Shown: in pieces, positions 38,326 through 48,004 of the stretch
Numbering within the stretch: the first letter of the stretch is position 1
Layout: every line of letters begins with the position of its first letter
The notes under the pieces: model-generated
Seen by the model: only the letters and a program-made list of their open reading frames with translations
The model's database searches: none
Told to the model about the DNA's origin: nothing
Assembly (NCBI GenBank): GCA_041690295.1
Contig: JAWLHR010000020.1
Coordinates: 1 to 61,641 of the forward strand
Direction: 5' to 3'
DNA from: Bdellovibrionales bacterium
GTDB lineage: Bacteria; Bdellovibrionota; Bdellovibrionia; Bdellovibrionales; UBA1609
Length of the DNA stretch: 61,641 nt
Program-made: the position numbers and the translations under genes

Positions 38326-38579
38326 CGTGCGCGCTCCCCTTGAATGGAGATGTGCCGTGAGTGTCCGTTAGGATGGCTCTCGGCACCTCTGTCGATCGGC
38401 TGCCAAACCCCATTTTGCAGCATTCCCGCGAGGTTCACCCAGGGTCCGGTCACCAGCTTTCTTAGAACTTCGTCATTGCGAAAAAAGGTCGATACGGCGA
38501 ACGTGAACGCCATGAACACGACCATGATCAGGACGGCTTCGGTCACCTGTTGCCCGGATTGGCTGCGGAGGACATGCAT
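38322..38579 (-). CDS. Small Flp/TadE-like minor pilin
   Basis: SQSG|QQVTEAVL motif; start may be the GTG at 38588. Confidence 0.75.
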   Translation of the reverse strand: MHVLRSQSGQQVTEAVLIMVVFMAFTFAVSTFFRNDEVLRKLVTGPWVNLAGMLQNGVWQPIDRGAESHPNGHSRHISIQGERAR

Positions 38580-38584
38580 CGCCG

Positions 38585-39079
38585 TCACAGGAGCACCCCC
38601 GCGCGCAAAAATGTTAACTGTGTGAACCAACCCAAGAGCATGGCGAAACTATAGGGAATCTTATAAACTTCCTGGACTTGAGCGCGCTGCCGAACAGCGA
38701 TTCGATAGGTGTTCTTCACCAAAGCGATGAGGTTCTTTTGCAAGGCGGCCCGAGTGAGTCCGAACACTCCACCCCATATAAAAGAGTAAATTAAAGTCCA
38801 AAACATACTGACGGGCTCGAGGGCGAAAGCGAAGATCGCGAAGAGCTTTACGTCACCACCGCCCCAGATACCGGCCATGAACAGGGGAATCGTCACGATT
38901 AGCGCCAGTAACATGGCGCCCATTCCGATGGCGGTGCCTTCAAAACCACGAAAATAGAGATTGCCGACGGCCACGATGACGAAAAGGCAAATGACCAATG
39001 GGTTGTGAATCTTACGCGAACGAAGATCGTCGATGAGGCCGGCCACGAGGCTGGCTGTCGCAATCGCCCACATTTCCAT
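38585..39079 (-). CDS. cpaA: Prepilin peptidase TadV/CpaA (A24)
   Basis: DDLRSRKIHN, GGGDVKL, IPYSFA. Confidence 0.9.
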   Translation of the reverse strand: MEMWAIATASLVAGLIDDLRSRKIHNPLVICLFVIVAVGNLYFRGFEGTAIGMGAMLLALIVTIPLFMAGIWGGGDVKLFAIFAFALEPVSMFWTLIYSFIWGGVFGLTRAALQKNLIALVKNTYRIAVRQRAQVQEVYKIPYSFAMLLGWFTQLTFLRAGVLL

Positions 39080-39297
39080 TAGTTGCCTCCCGAAGGGCCT
39101 TCGGGCTTGATCCACGTCACGCCCTGCCCATCGCTCGATTCACGAAAGCCATCCCCAACGGAAATGTTTCGTTCCACGCGGGCGCCAAGGCGCGGGGCTG
39201 ATTTTTTGAAAGTCTCAATCGGCCCCAACTCCCCTAAGAACGCACCCATCACGATAAATACGTATATGCCCAACAAGAGCACCAGCTCTGTGGTCAT
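39079..39297 (-). CDS. Small pilin-like protein
   Basis: MTTELVLLLG hydrophobic N-terminus, TAATG coupling to cpaA. Confidence 0.7.
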   Translation of the reverse strand: MTTELVLLLGIYVFIVMGAFLGELGPIETFKKSAPRLGARVERNISVGDGFRESSDGQGVTWIKPEGPSGGN

Positions 39298-39333
39298 TTT
39301 TCATTCTCCCCACGTTCACGTTATGACGTGAAC

Positions 39334-39525
39334 TTAATTGCCGCCTTGGAACCCGATAATGTCTTGGGCCAAAGTTCCGAGTTTCTCAGAAAGCGCATCG
39401 TAAATTCGAGTGCGAAACAGCATCACGAGCGCCACCACAACCACGACTAAAAGCACGTATTCCGTGGCTCCCTGGCCGGATTCGTCTTTCCAAAGTTTTT
39501 TCATCAGAGATGCGACGTTTTTCAT
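39334..39525 (-). CDS. flp: Flp major pilin
   Basis: KDESG|QGATEYVLL Flp motif, 63 aa, AGGGGG RBS. Confidence 0.93.
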   Translation of the reverse strand: MKNVASLMKKLWKDESGQGATEYVLLVVVVVALVMLFRTRIYDALSEKLGTLAQDIIGFQGGN

Positions 39526-39544
39526 AGTCTTCCCCCTAAAGCTC

Positions 39545-39706
39545 ATATCGGAATCAAGCTTTACCGACATAAGGATTGTTGTTGATAAAAAGGAGAGAAT
39601 ACGGGCGGATACGTAACAGGGTACCAGATCAAATGCCGGCGATAAACGCCCTTGATGAATTCTGTTTCAAACTGAAACGAAAGATTCAGTTGAAACCGTC
39701 CGATAA
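39545..39706. promoter_or_regulatory. Divergent promoter region with sigma28-like CCGATA boxes and a GTTTCA-N3-TGAAAC palindrome
   Basis: CCGATAT on the minus strand (39545-39551), CCGATAA on the plus strand (39700-39706), palindrome at 39664-39678. Confidence 0.45.
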
Positions 39707-39709
39707 GAA

Positions 39710-40525
39710 TTGATGGATTTCTCATTTCGAGACGCCAGATCTTTAAAGTCCCAATCGGGTCAAGGCACCATCGAGTATGTCCTAATATTGGTGGTGGCGG
39801 TGGCGATCATTCTCGGTCTCATGTATCAATTGAATACGGCGTTTCGAAGCTGGGCCAACAGCTACTTCGGTGATTACCTGGCTTGCTTGCTCGAGACCGG
39901 AGAACTCCCGACCATTGGCGGAAGCCCCGGCGATAGCGGAATTTGCGATCAACTATTTAAGACTTTTTCATTGGCTGAAGGTCGGCCGCTTAAAGATTTT
40001 TCCCAGCCGGGCCCCAGAAGTGAGGCCGGCGGCGGACCCAGCGGGGGAACAAGGGAGCAAGCGGGCGGCGGATCCAATTACCGGCCGGCGGGGTCTTCCG
40101 GTGGAAGGTTTAGCTCGGGTTCGGGTGGTGGCGTTCGTGCCGGTGTTCAGCGGCGGCGAATCAACACCGCTGAAATTGGAACAGGAAATATGAGTGCCGT
40201 CAGTTACGTGAACGGCTACAGTTATTATCAACCGCCTCTCGCCCGGCGCAGTAAAATCAAGTTGGACAATCGGTTCGCGCTTGAGCAGGAGCGGGAAATC
40301 ACGCAACGGCGCCGGAGTGTCGCTTCGTCTAAAAAGGAGGCCGAAACGCGCCGTCCGTCAATTAAGCTTAAAAAAACAGCATTTCGACGAACCCAATCCG
40401 CTCCCGCAGACAGCGGCTTCACCGTCGGCAATTTCATCAAAATTCTTCTCATTATCGCGATCATCATCGCGCTGGTGGTGTTCATCGGCAGCCAGGTCCT
40501 CAGCATCTCCAAATCCATGGAATAG
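39710..40525 (+). CDS. Flp-leader protein with Gly/Arg-rich linker and C-terminal TM helix
   Basis: SQSG|QGTIEYVLIL, Cys pair, GS-rich linker, second hydrophobic helix at the C-terminus. Confidence 0.8.
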   Translation: MMDFSFRDARSLKSQSGQGTIEYVLILVVAVAIILGLMYQLNTAFRSWANSYFGDYLACLLETGELPTIGGSPGDSGICDQLFKTFSLAEGRPLKDFSQPGPRSEAGGGPSGGTREQAGGGSNYRPAGSSGGRFSSGSGGGVRAGVQRRRINTAEIGTGNMSAVSYVNGYSYYQPPLARRSKIKLDNRFALEQEREITQRRRSVASSKKEAETRRPSIKLKKTAFRRTQSAPADSGFTVGNFIKILLIIAIIIALVVFIGSQVLSISKSME

Positions 40526-40671
40526 CCTTAATACATGACGCGGGGGAGAAAGTCGGCCTCTTCGTTTGTAGGAATTACGTTCGCTGGACAATGTTGGACA
40601 GCGCTTCGGGTTTGGGGGATACCTATAGAGTCAAAAGAGGAAGCTATACCGGGGTAATAAAGGGGGGGTAA

Positions 40672-41049
40672 ATGGATGATCGTGCCGTGATCACGATCAA
40701 CCGCCGCGGTTTTTTTAGCTTGGAAGAGGCGTGCCGAATTCTGCCGGTTGTACGTAGGATCACCGCTGAATTCAGCACCAAGGTGGAACTTTTGATCGCA
40801 CGCCTGGAAACTCTTCAGCTCAATCAAACCGAGACTATCTGCGCGCTGGAAAATCAGGTCAATGAACTGATTCAGACTTGGAATGAAAAGATCCGAAAGC
40901 TTGGCGCTGAACCGCGTGGGTTATGGGTAGTCGACTTTGACTCCGGCCACGGGTATTATTGCTGGAAGCATCCGGAGGCGGAGATCCTTTACTGGCACAG
41001 CTATGAGGATGGCTATTCCGGACGAAAACCCCTGAGCTTGCAGGTCTAA
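40672..41049 (+). CDS. DUF2203 family protein
   Basis: FSLEEA..ILP, GLWVVDF, YYCWK..E..I..WH...GYSGR.PL. Confidence 0.85.
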   Translation: MDDRAVITINRRGFFSLEEACRILPVVRRITAEFSTKVELLIARLETLQLNQTETICALENQVNELIQTWNEKIRKLGAEPRGLWVVDFDSGHGYYCWKHPEAEILYWHSYEDGYSGRKPLSLQV

Positions 41050-41050
41050 G

Positions 41051-42676
41051 TTGCGCATCGCCCTTGCACAAATCAACTCGTTCCTTGGCGATTTTTCCGG
41101 AAATCGGGAAAAGATCTTGGAGTACATTCATCGGGCACTTGATCGCCGTTGCGATCTTGTTGTCTTCCCCGAAGCTTCACTATTCGGTTACCACCCCGTC
41201 GATTTACTTGAACGCCCGTCCATCGTGGCCGCTCAAGAAGATGAATTAAAGAAGTTAGTGAAACAAGTCCCAAAGGGCGTGGGTGTGCTCATCGGGGCCA
41301 TCGTGAAGAACCGCTCTGGGGAAGGGAAGAGTTACTGGAATGCCGCGGTTTTCATCGAGCGTGGCAAGAAACCGGTTATCATTCCAAAGACTTTGTTGCC
41401 GGCTTATGACGTTTTCGACGAGAGCCGGCACATCGAACCCGGTCAGGTGAAAGACAACCTCTTGAATTTCAAAGGGCATAAAATTCTCGTCACGATTTGT
41501 GAGGACATCTGGGGATGGCAAAGGAAAGGTAACCCCGCTTACTCAAGTTATGGACATAATCCTCTCGCCAAGGTTCGACGCAAAGGGATCGATGTCGTTA
41601 TCAATCTCAGCGCATCGCCTTTCACGCTCAAGAAATTCGCCAGCCGTCTCGTGGTCACCAAGAAAACCGCGGCTCATTTCAATTGCCCACTCGTTTATGT
41701 GAACATGGTCGGCGCTCAAGATGAGTTGATTTTCGACGGCGGGTCCTTCGCGGTGGATCAGAAAGGAAAAATTCGGGCTCAGTGTATACGCTTTGACGAA
41801 GATTTAAATGTTTTTGATCTGGAGACGATGGAGGGCGGCACTCGCGAATTGCCTGAAGATCCCAATGAACTCACACGGCGCGCTTTGGTTTTGGGACTCC
41901 GGGATTTCATTCGCAAAACCGGATTCAGCAAAATTCACCTGGGCTTAAGCGGTGGTGTTGATTCCGCACTCGTCGCTTGTCTGGCGGCCGATGCGATCGG
42001 CCCCATGAATGTCACGGGAATTTCCATGCCGGGTCCCTTTACTTCGAAAGAAAGTGAAACGCTGGCTCGGCAATTGGCGACGAATCTCGGCATTCGCCTT
42101 TTGGAAATGCCCATTCAGACCATGTATGAATCGGCCGTTCAGGTTGTGAATCAAGCGATGGGCGAAGCCCCATTCAGCTTGATGAACGAAAATTTGCAAT
42201 CGCGAATGCGGGGTTTATTGTTGATGGCTTTTTCCAACCGCGAAGGCAGCCTTTTACTCGGCACGACGAATAAAAGCGAACTGGCCGTCGGTTATGGAAC
42301 GCTTTATGGAGATATGATCGGCGGATTGATGCCGATCGCGGATCTTTTAAAAACCGAAGTCTACGCGCTCGCGCGGCACTATAACTCGGAAACTGAAATC
42401 ATCCCGCGCGAAATCATCGATCGTGCACCGAGTGCCGAGCTGCGCGCCAATCAAACCGATCAGGATTCACTTCCGCCCTATGATGAACTGGATCAAACGG
42501 TCAGACGCCTGGTTGAAGGCTTTGGGACTGCCAAATCCGAAACTGAAAAACAAGTTCTCCATATGCTCATGAAGAGCGAGTTCAAGCGCTGGCAAGCTCC
42601 GCCGGTTTTAAAGATTAGTGAACACGCATTTGGCCGCGGTCGCCGCTTCCCCATCGCCCATAACGCAGAAATGTAG
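41051..42676 (+). CDS. nadE: Glutamine-dependent NAD+ synthetase
   Basis: Nitrilase domain (FPE, ICEDIW) plus GLSGGVDS, NLQSRMRG, NKSE, YGTLYGD, PSAEL, QTDQDSLPPY. Confidence 0.96.
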   Translation: MRIALAQINSFLGDFSGNREKILEYIHRALDRRCDLVVFPEASLFGYHPVDLLERPSIVAAQEDELKKLVKQVPKGVGVLIGAIVKNRSGEGKSYWNAAVFIERGKKPVIIPKTLLPAYDVFDESRHIEPGQVKDNLLNFKGHKILVTICEDIWGWQRKGNPAYSSYGHNPLAKVRRKGIDVVINLSASPFTLKKFASRLVVTKKTAAHFNCPLVYVNMVGAQDELIFDGGSFAVDQKGKIRAQCIRFDEDLNVFDLETMEGGTRELPEDPNELTRRALVLGLRDFIRKTGFSKIHLGLSGGVDSALVACLAADAIGPMNVTGISMPGPFTSKESETLARQLATNLGIRLLEMPIQTMYESAVQVVNQAMGEAPFSLMNENLQSRMRGLLLMAFSNREGSLLLGTTNKSELAVGYGTLYGDMIGGLMPIADLLKTEVYALARHYNSETEIIPREIIDRAPSAELRANQTDQDSLPPYDELDQTVRRLVEGFGTAKSETEKQVLHMLMKSEFKRWQAPPVLKISEHAFGRGRRFPIAHNAEM

Positions 42677-42723
42677 GCCGTTCCTTTTCAGGATGCATGG
42701 CATCCTGAAAAGGAACGGCCTAC
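42673..42723. repeat. Perfect 24-bp inverted repeat with GTAG ends (REP/REPIN-like)
   Basis: gtaggccgttccttttcaggatgc-atg-gcatcctgaaaaggaacggcctac between convergent genes. Confidence 0.85.
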
Positions 42724-42726
42724 CTT

Positions 42727-43347
42727 TTACAGCATGTCGAGAAGATTCAGTTGTTTGGGTTGCGGTTCCACGATGGGGAATCGCACTTCGGGTTTGCCGG
42801 TCAGGGCGACAAGGTTTTCCAGCGGAGGCCACGCTGTGGGTGATCCGGTCATCCGCTCAACCATTTTCAAAAAGACTTTCGCACAATAAGTCGCGTCTTC
42901 TTCCGCTCGGTGAAATCCGCTGCTTTCTATTTGCAGGTGTTGCACCAAAGTTGAAAGCTTGTAATTAGCTAAGCCCGGGAAAACCTTTTTAGCCATCGGA
43001 TACGAGTCAAGAATCACGCCCCGAGGTGTTCGCACCTCATGCTTGACGTAATCCGCGGTCAAAAACTGCGTATCGAAGGCGGCGTTATGCGCGATCAGCA
43101 CGTCGTCGCCGACGAATTCCGCGAACGGCTGAAGAAGCTCCTCGATTTTCGGTTTCCCTTTAACCATATCATCGGTGATGCCGTTCACTTTTGAAGCTTC
43201 CACGGGAATCGAAATTAATGGATCCACCAATGTTGAAAAAACCGCGTCCAATTCGCCATCCACGTAGCGAACGGCGCCGATTTCGACAATTCGATCGACT
43301 CCCGGGAGAATTCCCGTCGTTTCAAGGTCAAAGGCGATAAATCTCAT
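42727..43347 (-). CDS. DEDDh 3'-5' exonuclease (DnaQ/PolC-like)
   Basis: FDLETTG, AHNAAFD, HRAEEDA. Confidence 0.93.
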   Translation of the reverse strand: MRFIAFDLETTGILPGVDRIVEIGAVRYVDGELDAVFSTLVDPLISIPVEASKVNGITDDMVKGKPKIEELLQPFAEFVGDDVLIAHNAAFDTQFLTADYVKHEVRTPRGVILDSYPMAKKVFPGLANYKLSTLVQHLQIESSGFHRAEEDATYCAKVFLKMVERMTGSPTAWPPLENLVALTGKPEVRFPIVEPQPKQLNLLDML

Positions 43348-43386
43348 GACAAGAGTATAGGCATCCCTTTAACCTGCCATCAAGTT

Positions 43387-43680
43387 ATGACAACCAAGGG
43401 AATCCTTTTCCGTCCTTTGGACATCGTTTGCGAAATCGGCCAAGACGACTCAGTGCTCAACGTGGCCCTCCGCCACGGGATCCCGCTTTCCCACTCATGC
43501 GGGGGAATGGGAAGTTGCACAACTTGCCGCGTGATCATCGAACATTCGCCTCAGGCCCTGCCCGCTCGCACCGAGATGGAGCAAGACATCGCTGACATGA
43601 GAGGCTTTGAAGACAAAGAGCGCCTGGCCTGTCAACTGCCGCCCAGCGACGGCTTGGTGGTTTTAATTCCCGAGAGTTGA
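43387..43680 (+). CDS. 2Fe-2S ferredoxin (adrenodoxin/Fdx-like)
   Basis: HSCGGMGSCTTCRV ... RLACQ. Confidence 0.92.
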   Translation: MTTKGILFRPLDIVCEIGQDDSVLNVALRHGIPLSHSCGGMGSCTTCRVIIEHSPQALPARTEMEQDIADMRGFEDKERLACQLPPSDGLVVLIPES

Positions 43681-44894
43681 GCGCTCGGGTCTTCCACATA
43701 AAATGGATTGGTGTAAATCCAGGGGATCCATTTTTTGCCATCAGGCAGCGGCAAAGTGGGAATCACGCGGACCATGACCCGGTAAACGCCGGGCGAATTG
43801 ATATAGTATTCCGTCACTTGGGAATTTGACGTCAGCATCCGTTGGCCGTTCTTATAAATCACCGTATCAAACGGAACTTTAGGTTTTTGCGGCAAGGTGA
43901 CTTCGAGCTTTAAGCCTTTTTCGAACTTGAGCTTGGAGCCGATGGGATAAATGGCGTCCTTTTCGTTTTTCATCACGGCATTAAAGCCTTTGGGATTTCC
44001 AAGAATGTCGAGGCTCATGTAAAGCTGCCCCTGGCGGATTCCCTGGGCCACTTTTTCCAAATCGCCGGCCGCGCTTCCCGTCAACTCGGAGCGGATCAAT
44101 ATGTGATTTCGCACCAGCGAAAACAAAGTCGAGTACGTCGGATAGCGCAAAAATGAACCGCCCATGATCATTTTCGCTTCCGCATCTGCTCCAGCCAATC
44201 CAACCATGCGCCGCTGTGCCGTTAGCGTATCCCACAACTGGATTTCCTCATCCGGAGCTTTAAACAACCGCAAGAGCGCCAATTTCTCGTTAAACGGAAG
44301 AATCAACAAACTTATCAAAAAAGAAAGCTTGTTATGATCCCAAGCCTCTTGCCAGACGCTCTTGAGATTGATGACTTCGATCCCATCAAGGCCGACCGGA
44401 TATTCGCCGCTCCAGCGGTGTTTGGGTTTCAACGGATGGGCAAGAATGAAAAGTCCAATGTCCAATTCCTTATCGGGCTGAGAAAGTAAGTCCGCGAAAA
44501 GCACCTGCGATCTTCCCACGCCCTGAAGGTGCCGGGATGTGGTGGCACCAATATTAAGTAACCGCGAGTTGAGATAGCTGTACTCACCGTCCATCATCAC
44601 CAAAAGATGACCATGATAACCGGCCATGGCCCGCGGTTTATCGAAGACGTTGAGATCAGTGATGGAAATAAAATCCAGATTCGCCGCTTGGGCGGCGCCG
44701 ATCACGGTGGCGAAATCACCGCTGCCTGAACTCATTTGCGTGTGAACGTTCGTCACGCCCTTGTAGTCAAAAAATCCGCGTGGAGGTTCAGGCGCCAGGT
44801 CTTCCAGAAAAATCCGTACATCGTACTGGGCCAGATAAACCCCGTAGATCAGATAAACGAATATGAGTCCGGTTAGGATTATGAACTTCCTCAC
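43632..44894 (-). CDS. Membrane-anchored PHP-like metallohydrolase
   Basis: N-terminal TM; NVHT, ITDLN, GEYS, LAHP, GIEVIN, GADAE, WIYTNP (several His ligands substituted). Confidence 0.7.
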   Translation of the reverse strand: MRKFIILTGLIFVYLIYGVYLAQYDVRIFLEDLAPEPPRGFFDYKGVTNVHTQMSSGSGDFATVIGAAQAANLDFISITDLNVFDKPRAMAGYHGHLLVMMDGEYSYLNSRLLNIGATTSRHLQGVGRSQVLFADLLSQPDKELDIGLFILAHPLKPKHRWSGEYPVGLDGIEVINLKSVWQEAWDHNKLSFLISLLILPFNEKLALLRLFKAPDEEIQLWDTLTAQRRMVGLAGADAEAKMIMGGSFLRYPTYSTLFSLVRNHILIRSELTGSAAGDLEKVAQGIRQGQLYMSLDILGNPKGFNAVMKNEKDAIYPIGSKLKFEKGLKLEVTLPQKPKVPFDTVIYKNGQRMLTSNSQVTEYYINSPGVYRVMVRVIPTLPLPDGKKWIPWIYTNPFYVEDPSAQLSGIKTTKPSLGGS

Positions 44895-46210
44895 TGCACC
44901 ACGACCTTGCGGATTTCATATTGGTTGTCGACCGGAATCACTTCCACTTCCTGGTGGCCGGCCGACTTGTAATTCAAGGGTAAACTATCCGACTTTTCAA
45001 CCGCCAGGTAATAAACATTGCTTTTGGGTTCGCTTTCTTCGAGAAAATCAAAAAAATCTTTTCGATTCATTCCCCGAAGTTTGTAAACAGGCCGCTTCAA
45101 ATCAAAGCTCAGCTTCGCCGCCATTTGATAAGATCGGGTATAAAGCGGATCCAGATCACGAGCGACCTCGGTGATGGCATCGAACTGGTGAAACTCACGG
45201 AACTTGTAGTCTCTCGTCCAATTGGGCCGGGTTAAAATCACCGTTAACATAAAAGCCATCAAACCCGCCCAAATCAGCGCTGTGCTTATCAAGCTTCGCG
45301 AGTTCACCGGATACCAACTCGCCGCCAAGGCGAAAATCGCGGGATAAGCGGCGATCGGCCAATTCGCCTCGGCGTAGCCTCTAGCGGTCGTCAGCAAAAA
45401 GAAAAGAACCGGCGTCCACGCGATGAAATGAAAGGCCCGCGGCAATCTTCTTCCCGCCCGGATCGCCCAATAAAGAACGAGCGGAAAGATCAAACCGATC
45501 TGAGCGAGAATGTATTCAATCGTCCATGACGGTTTCCACTTCTTGCGGCCCAGCCCGTGGGTCGCCTGAAATTTGAACGATTGAAAATCATGCAGATAAT
45601 TCCACAAAAGAACCGGTAACATGCCAAGAGCGCATCCCAAAATCAGCCAAGGCAATTGCGAGATTAAATCCCGTCGCAACTTCGCGTCCATGACCACAAC
45701 CGGAAACAAGCTCAAGCCGAACAAGACCATCATGTATTTTGACGAAAAGCCAAGGCCCATCGCGATCCCAAATCCCAAACTGACTTTTCGTTCCGGATTT
45801 TTCGCCCAAATAAAAAAGAACCAAAGCGACAAGGCGTAAAAGAACATCAAGGGGAGATCCGGCGTGACCACGATTCCGCTGCCCCCCACGAGCGGAGACA
45901 GCAAAGCCAACCAAAGCCAGATTCGCCTTTGCTCGAAATTCAAATAGGGCGCGAGAAGCAGCAGCCACATCGTCAACGTCATGTGACCAAGGATGACGCC
46001 CGGCCACCGCACGCTGCCCGGAAACCATTCCGCGAAGGGGCCACCCAACCAATAAAGCCAGGCCACAAACGGCGGATGATCATAGTAACTCAACTGCATG
46101 TGCTTGGACCAAACCCAGTAATAGGCTTCGTCGCCGGTCAGGGGCAAAACCGCCGCGATGATTAACTTTATCGCGAGCGAGATCCAAAAGATCTTTTTGA
46201 TAGAATTCAC
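44891..46210 (-). CDS. ArnT/GT39-like polytopic glycosyltransferase
   Basis: DEAYYWVW, YYDHPP, TPDLPL, SKY, NWP; many TM helices. Confidence 0.88.
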   Translation of the reverse strand: MNSIKKIFWISLAIKLIIAAVLPLTGDEAYYWVWSKHMQLSYYDHPPFVAWLYWLGGPFAEWFPGSVRWPGVILGHMTLTMWLLLLAPYLNFEQRRIWLWLALLSPLVGGSGIVVTPDLPLMFFYALSLWFFFIWAKNPERKVSLGFGIAMGLGFSSKYMMVLFGLSLFPVVVMDAKLRRDLISQLPWLILGCALGMLPVLLWNYLHDFQSFKFQATHGLGRKKWKPSWTIEYILAQIGLIFPLVLYWAIRAGRRLPRAFHFIAWTPVLFFLLTTARGYAEANWPIAAYPAIFALAASWYPVNSRSLISTALIWAGLMAFMLTVILTRPNWTRDYKFREFHQFDAITEVARDLDPLYTRSYQMAAKLSFDLKRPVYKLRGMNRKDFFDFLEESEPKSNVYYLAVEKSDSLPLNYKSAGHQEVEVIPVDNQYEIRKVVVQ

Positions 46211-47250
46211 GGAATTTTGACTTGTTTGGGTTTTCCAAGGTCGCCCGGCACACCCCGTTCGCGACCGTTAAGAATAATGTTCACCGCCCCTCCGTCGCTC
46301 ACATCGAGCACCATCGGACCGTTGGCAATGATCGTGTGAACCTGTGTGGGCCCTAACGAAAGTTTTTTGGGCTGGCCGTTCACTTGGAACTTCACTTCCA
46401 CCTTATCCAAAGCTTCGATGATGATTTCGCGACGACCGGTGGACGCCGTTGAACTCGGAGCCGGTGTTGGTGTGGGCGCGGGTGTTGGCGCGGCCACGGG
46501 AGTCGGTGCCGGAGCCGGCGTCACCGCGGGCGGTGCAGGTGTTGGCGCTGGAACTGGAGCAGGTTGAGGTGCGGGCACAGGCGTTGGAGTGACCGCGACA
46601 GGTGCCGGTGCTGGAGCTTCAGGCGCTGGCGCCGGAGTTGCCGGTGCGGGTTCCGCAGCCGGAGTCGTTTCGACTTTTGCCTCAGTGGCGGCCGGCGGCG
46701 CGGGAGTTGGTGTAGGCTCAGGCTCAGGAGCGGGAGCTTTCGCCACCGGAGCCGCTTCTTTCCGCTCTTCTTCCGGTTCCTCTTCAAGCGGACTGACATT
46801 CAATTCCGCCGTCTGATCAATCACGGTTTCCCGTTGATACTTCTCAATCAACTCACGCACGCCGATAATCAGCCCGATCAAGACGACGATCACCGCGACC
46901 GCGATCACGCGAACGCCCGAAAACACTTCGTCACCATCGCTCAGCTTGCGCTTCACCACCGGAGCGGGAGTCGGCTCGCGAATGTCCGAGGCGGCGGCGG
47001 GTTCCCGGTTCGCGTTCTCCCCGGTTTCCTCGTTGAAGACCTTCATGACCTCGTCGGCATCAAGCTTCAGATAAAGAGCGTACGAACGAATGAATCCCTT
47101 TAAGAAAGTTTTCGACGGCAGATGGGTCGGCTCACCCTGCTCAATCGCGTTGAGAATCTTAGGGTTGATCTTGGTGGCCAGAGCCACCTCGCTCAAAGAT
47201 AAATTCGCGTTCTCACGCGCCTGTCTGAGAAGTTCTCCGGTTTGTTTCAT
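46207..47250 (-). CDS. rodZ: RodZ-like protein (HTH, TM, Pro/Ala linker, DUF4115)
   Basis: GELLRQARE...TKI...AIEQG...GFIRSYA..L.LD; TM; long PA-rich linker. Confidence 0.88.
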   Translation of the reverse strand: MKQTGELLRQARENANLSLSEVALATKINPKILNAIEQGEPTHLPSKTFLKGFIRSYALYLKLDADEVMKVFNEETGENANREPAAASDIREPTPAPVVKRKLSDGDEVFSGVRVIAVAVIVVLIGLIIGVRELIEKYQRETVIDQTAELNVSPLEEEPEEERKEAAPVAKAPAPEPEPTPTPAPPAATEAKVETTPAAEPAPATPAPAPEAPAPAPVAVTPTPVPAPQPAPVPAPTPAPPAVTPAPAPTPVAAPTPAPTPTPAPSSTASTGRREIIIEALDKVEVKFQVNGQPKKLSLGPTQVHTIIANGPMVLDVSDGGAVNIILNGRERGVPGDLGKPKQVKIP

Positions 47251-47999
47251 TGTTCGAGCAACTCTAACATTCCTTTGGCTTTGGCGACATATTTACTTTG
47301 CGGATAATCTTTCAACAATTCTTCCAGACGCGCCCGACTTTTTTCCTTTTCTCCGAGTGAAAAATAACTCATCGCAGAATAGAAAAGCGGATCTTCGAAA
47401 TGGCTTCCTCGGCAATATTCAATGGCTTGATCCAAAACTTCCGCCGATTGGGAAAGCTTTTTCAACTCCAGCAGCGTGCGGCCGTAGTAATGCGCGCCCA
47501 CACAGTTTTGCCGGCGAATTTCCAAAGCTCTCAGCAGAAAGTGTTCCGCTTTTTGAAATTGCCCCATTTCAAAATAGGCCATGCCTTTATTAACCATGGT
47601 TTTTTCGGGGAACTGATAAGTTAAATCCCCTTCCACCTGATCCAACCAACGTAGCGCTTCTTCCGAACGCTTCTGCTCGATCAACACGCGCGCTAAATTG
47701 TTTTTTCCCTCGGAAAATTTTTTGTCGGCTCGAATGGCCTCGCGGAATTTCGCTTCCGCTTCTTTAATCTTGCCGCGCACAAAATACGCCAATCCAAGAT
47801 TGTTTAAGATCAGCGGATTTTTCGGATCGTAGCGCTCGGCTTTCAATAACTCCGCCATGGCTCGGGGATATTGGCCCTGACTCAAGTAGCCGGTTCCAAT
47901 CTGAAGATGAAGCAGAGCTCGTTCCTTGTCCTGCTTCTTTATGGTCTGACAACCAACGCAAAGCGAACCAAGAACAATCATAATAATGATGTTTTTCAT
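47247..47999 (-). CDS. TPR lipoprotein, PilF/PilW/Tgl-like pilotin
   Basis: VGC lipobox, TPRs (NNLGLAY), Y.FPEK..VN.G motif, position next to rodZ. Confidence 0.82.
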   Translation of the reverse strand: MKNIIIMIVLGSLCVGCQTIKKQDKERALLHLQIGTGYLSQGQYPRAMAELLKAERYDPKNPLILNNLGLAYFVRGKIKEAEAKFREAIRADKKFSEGKNNLARVLIEQKRSEEALRWLDQVEGDLTYQFPEKTMVNKGMAYFEMGQFQKAEHFLLRALEIRRQNCVGAHYYGRTLLELKKLSQSAEVLDQAIEYCRGSHFEDPLFYSAMSYFSLGEKEKSRARLEELLKDYPQSKYVAKAKGMLELLEQ

Positions 48000-48004
48000 C
48001 TCGA

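Noticed and set aside
46440..46760. Repetitive GC-rich DNA in rodZ
   Set aside because: Explained by the Pro/Ala/Thr linker that is normal for RodZ.
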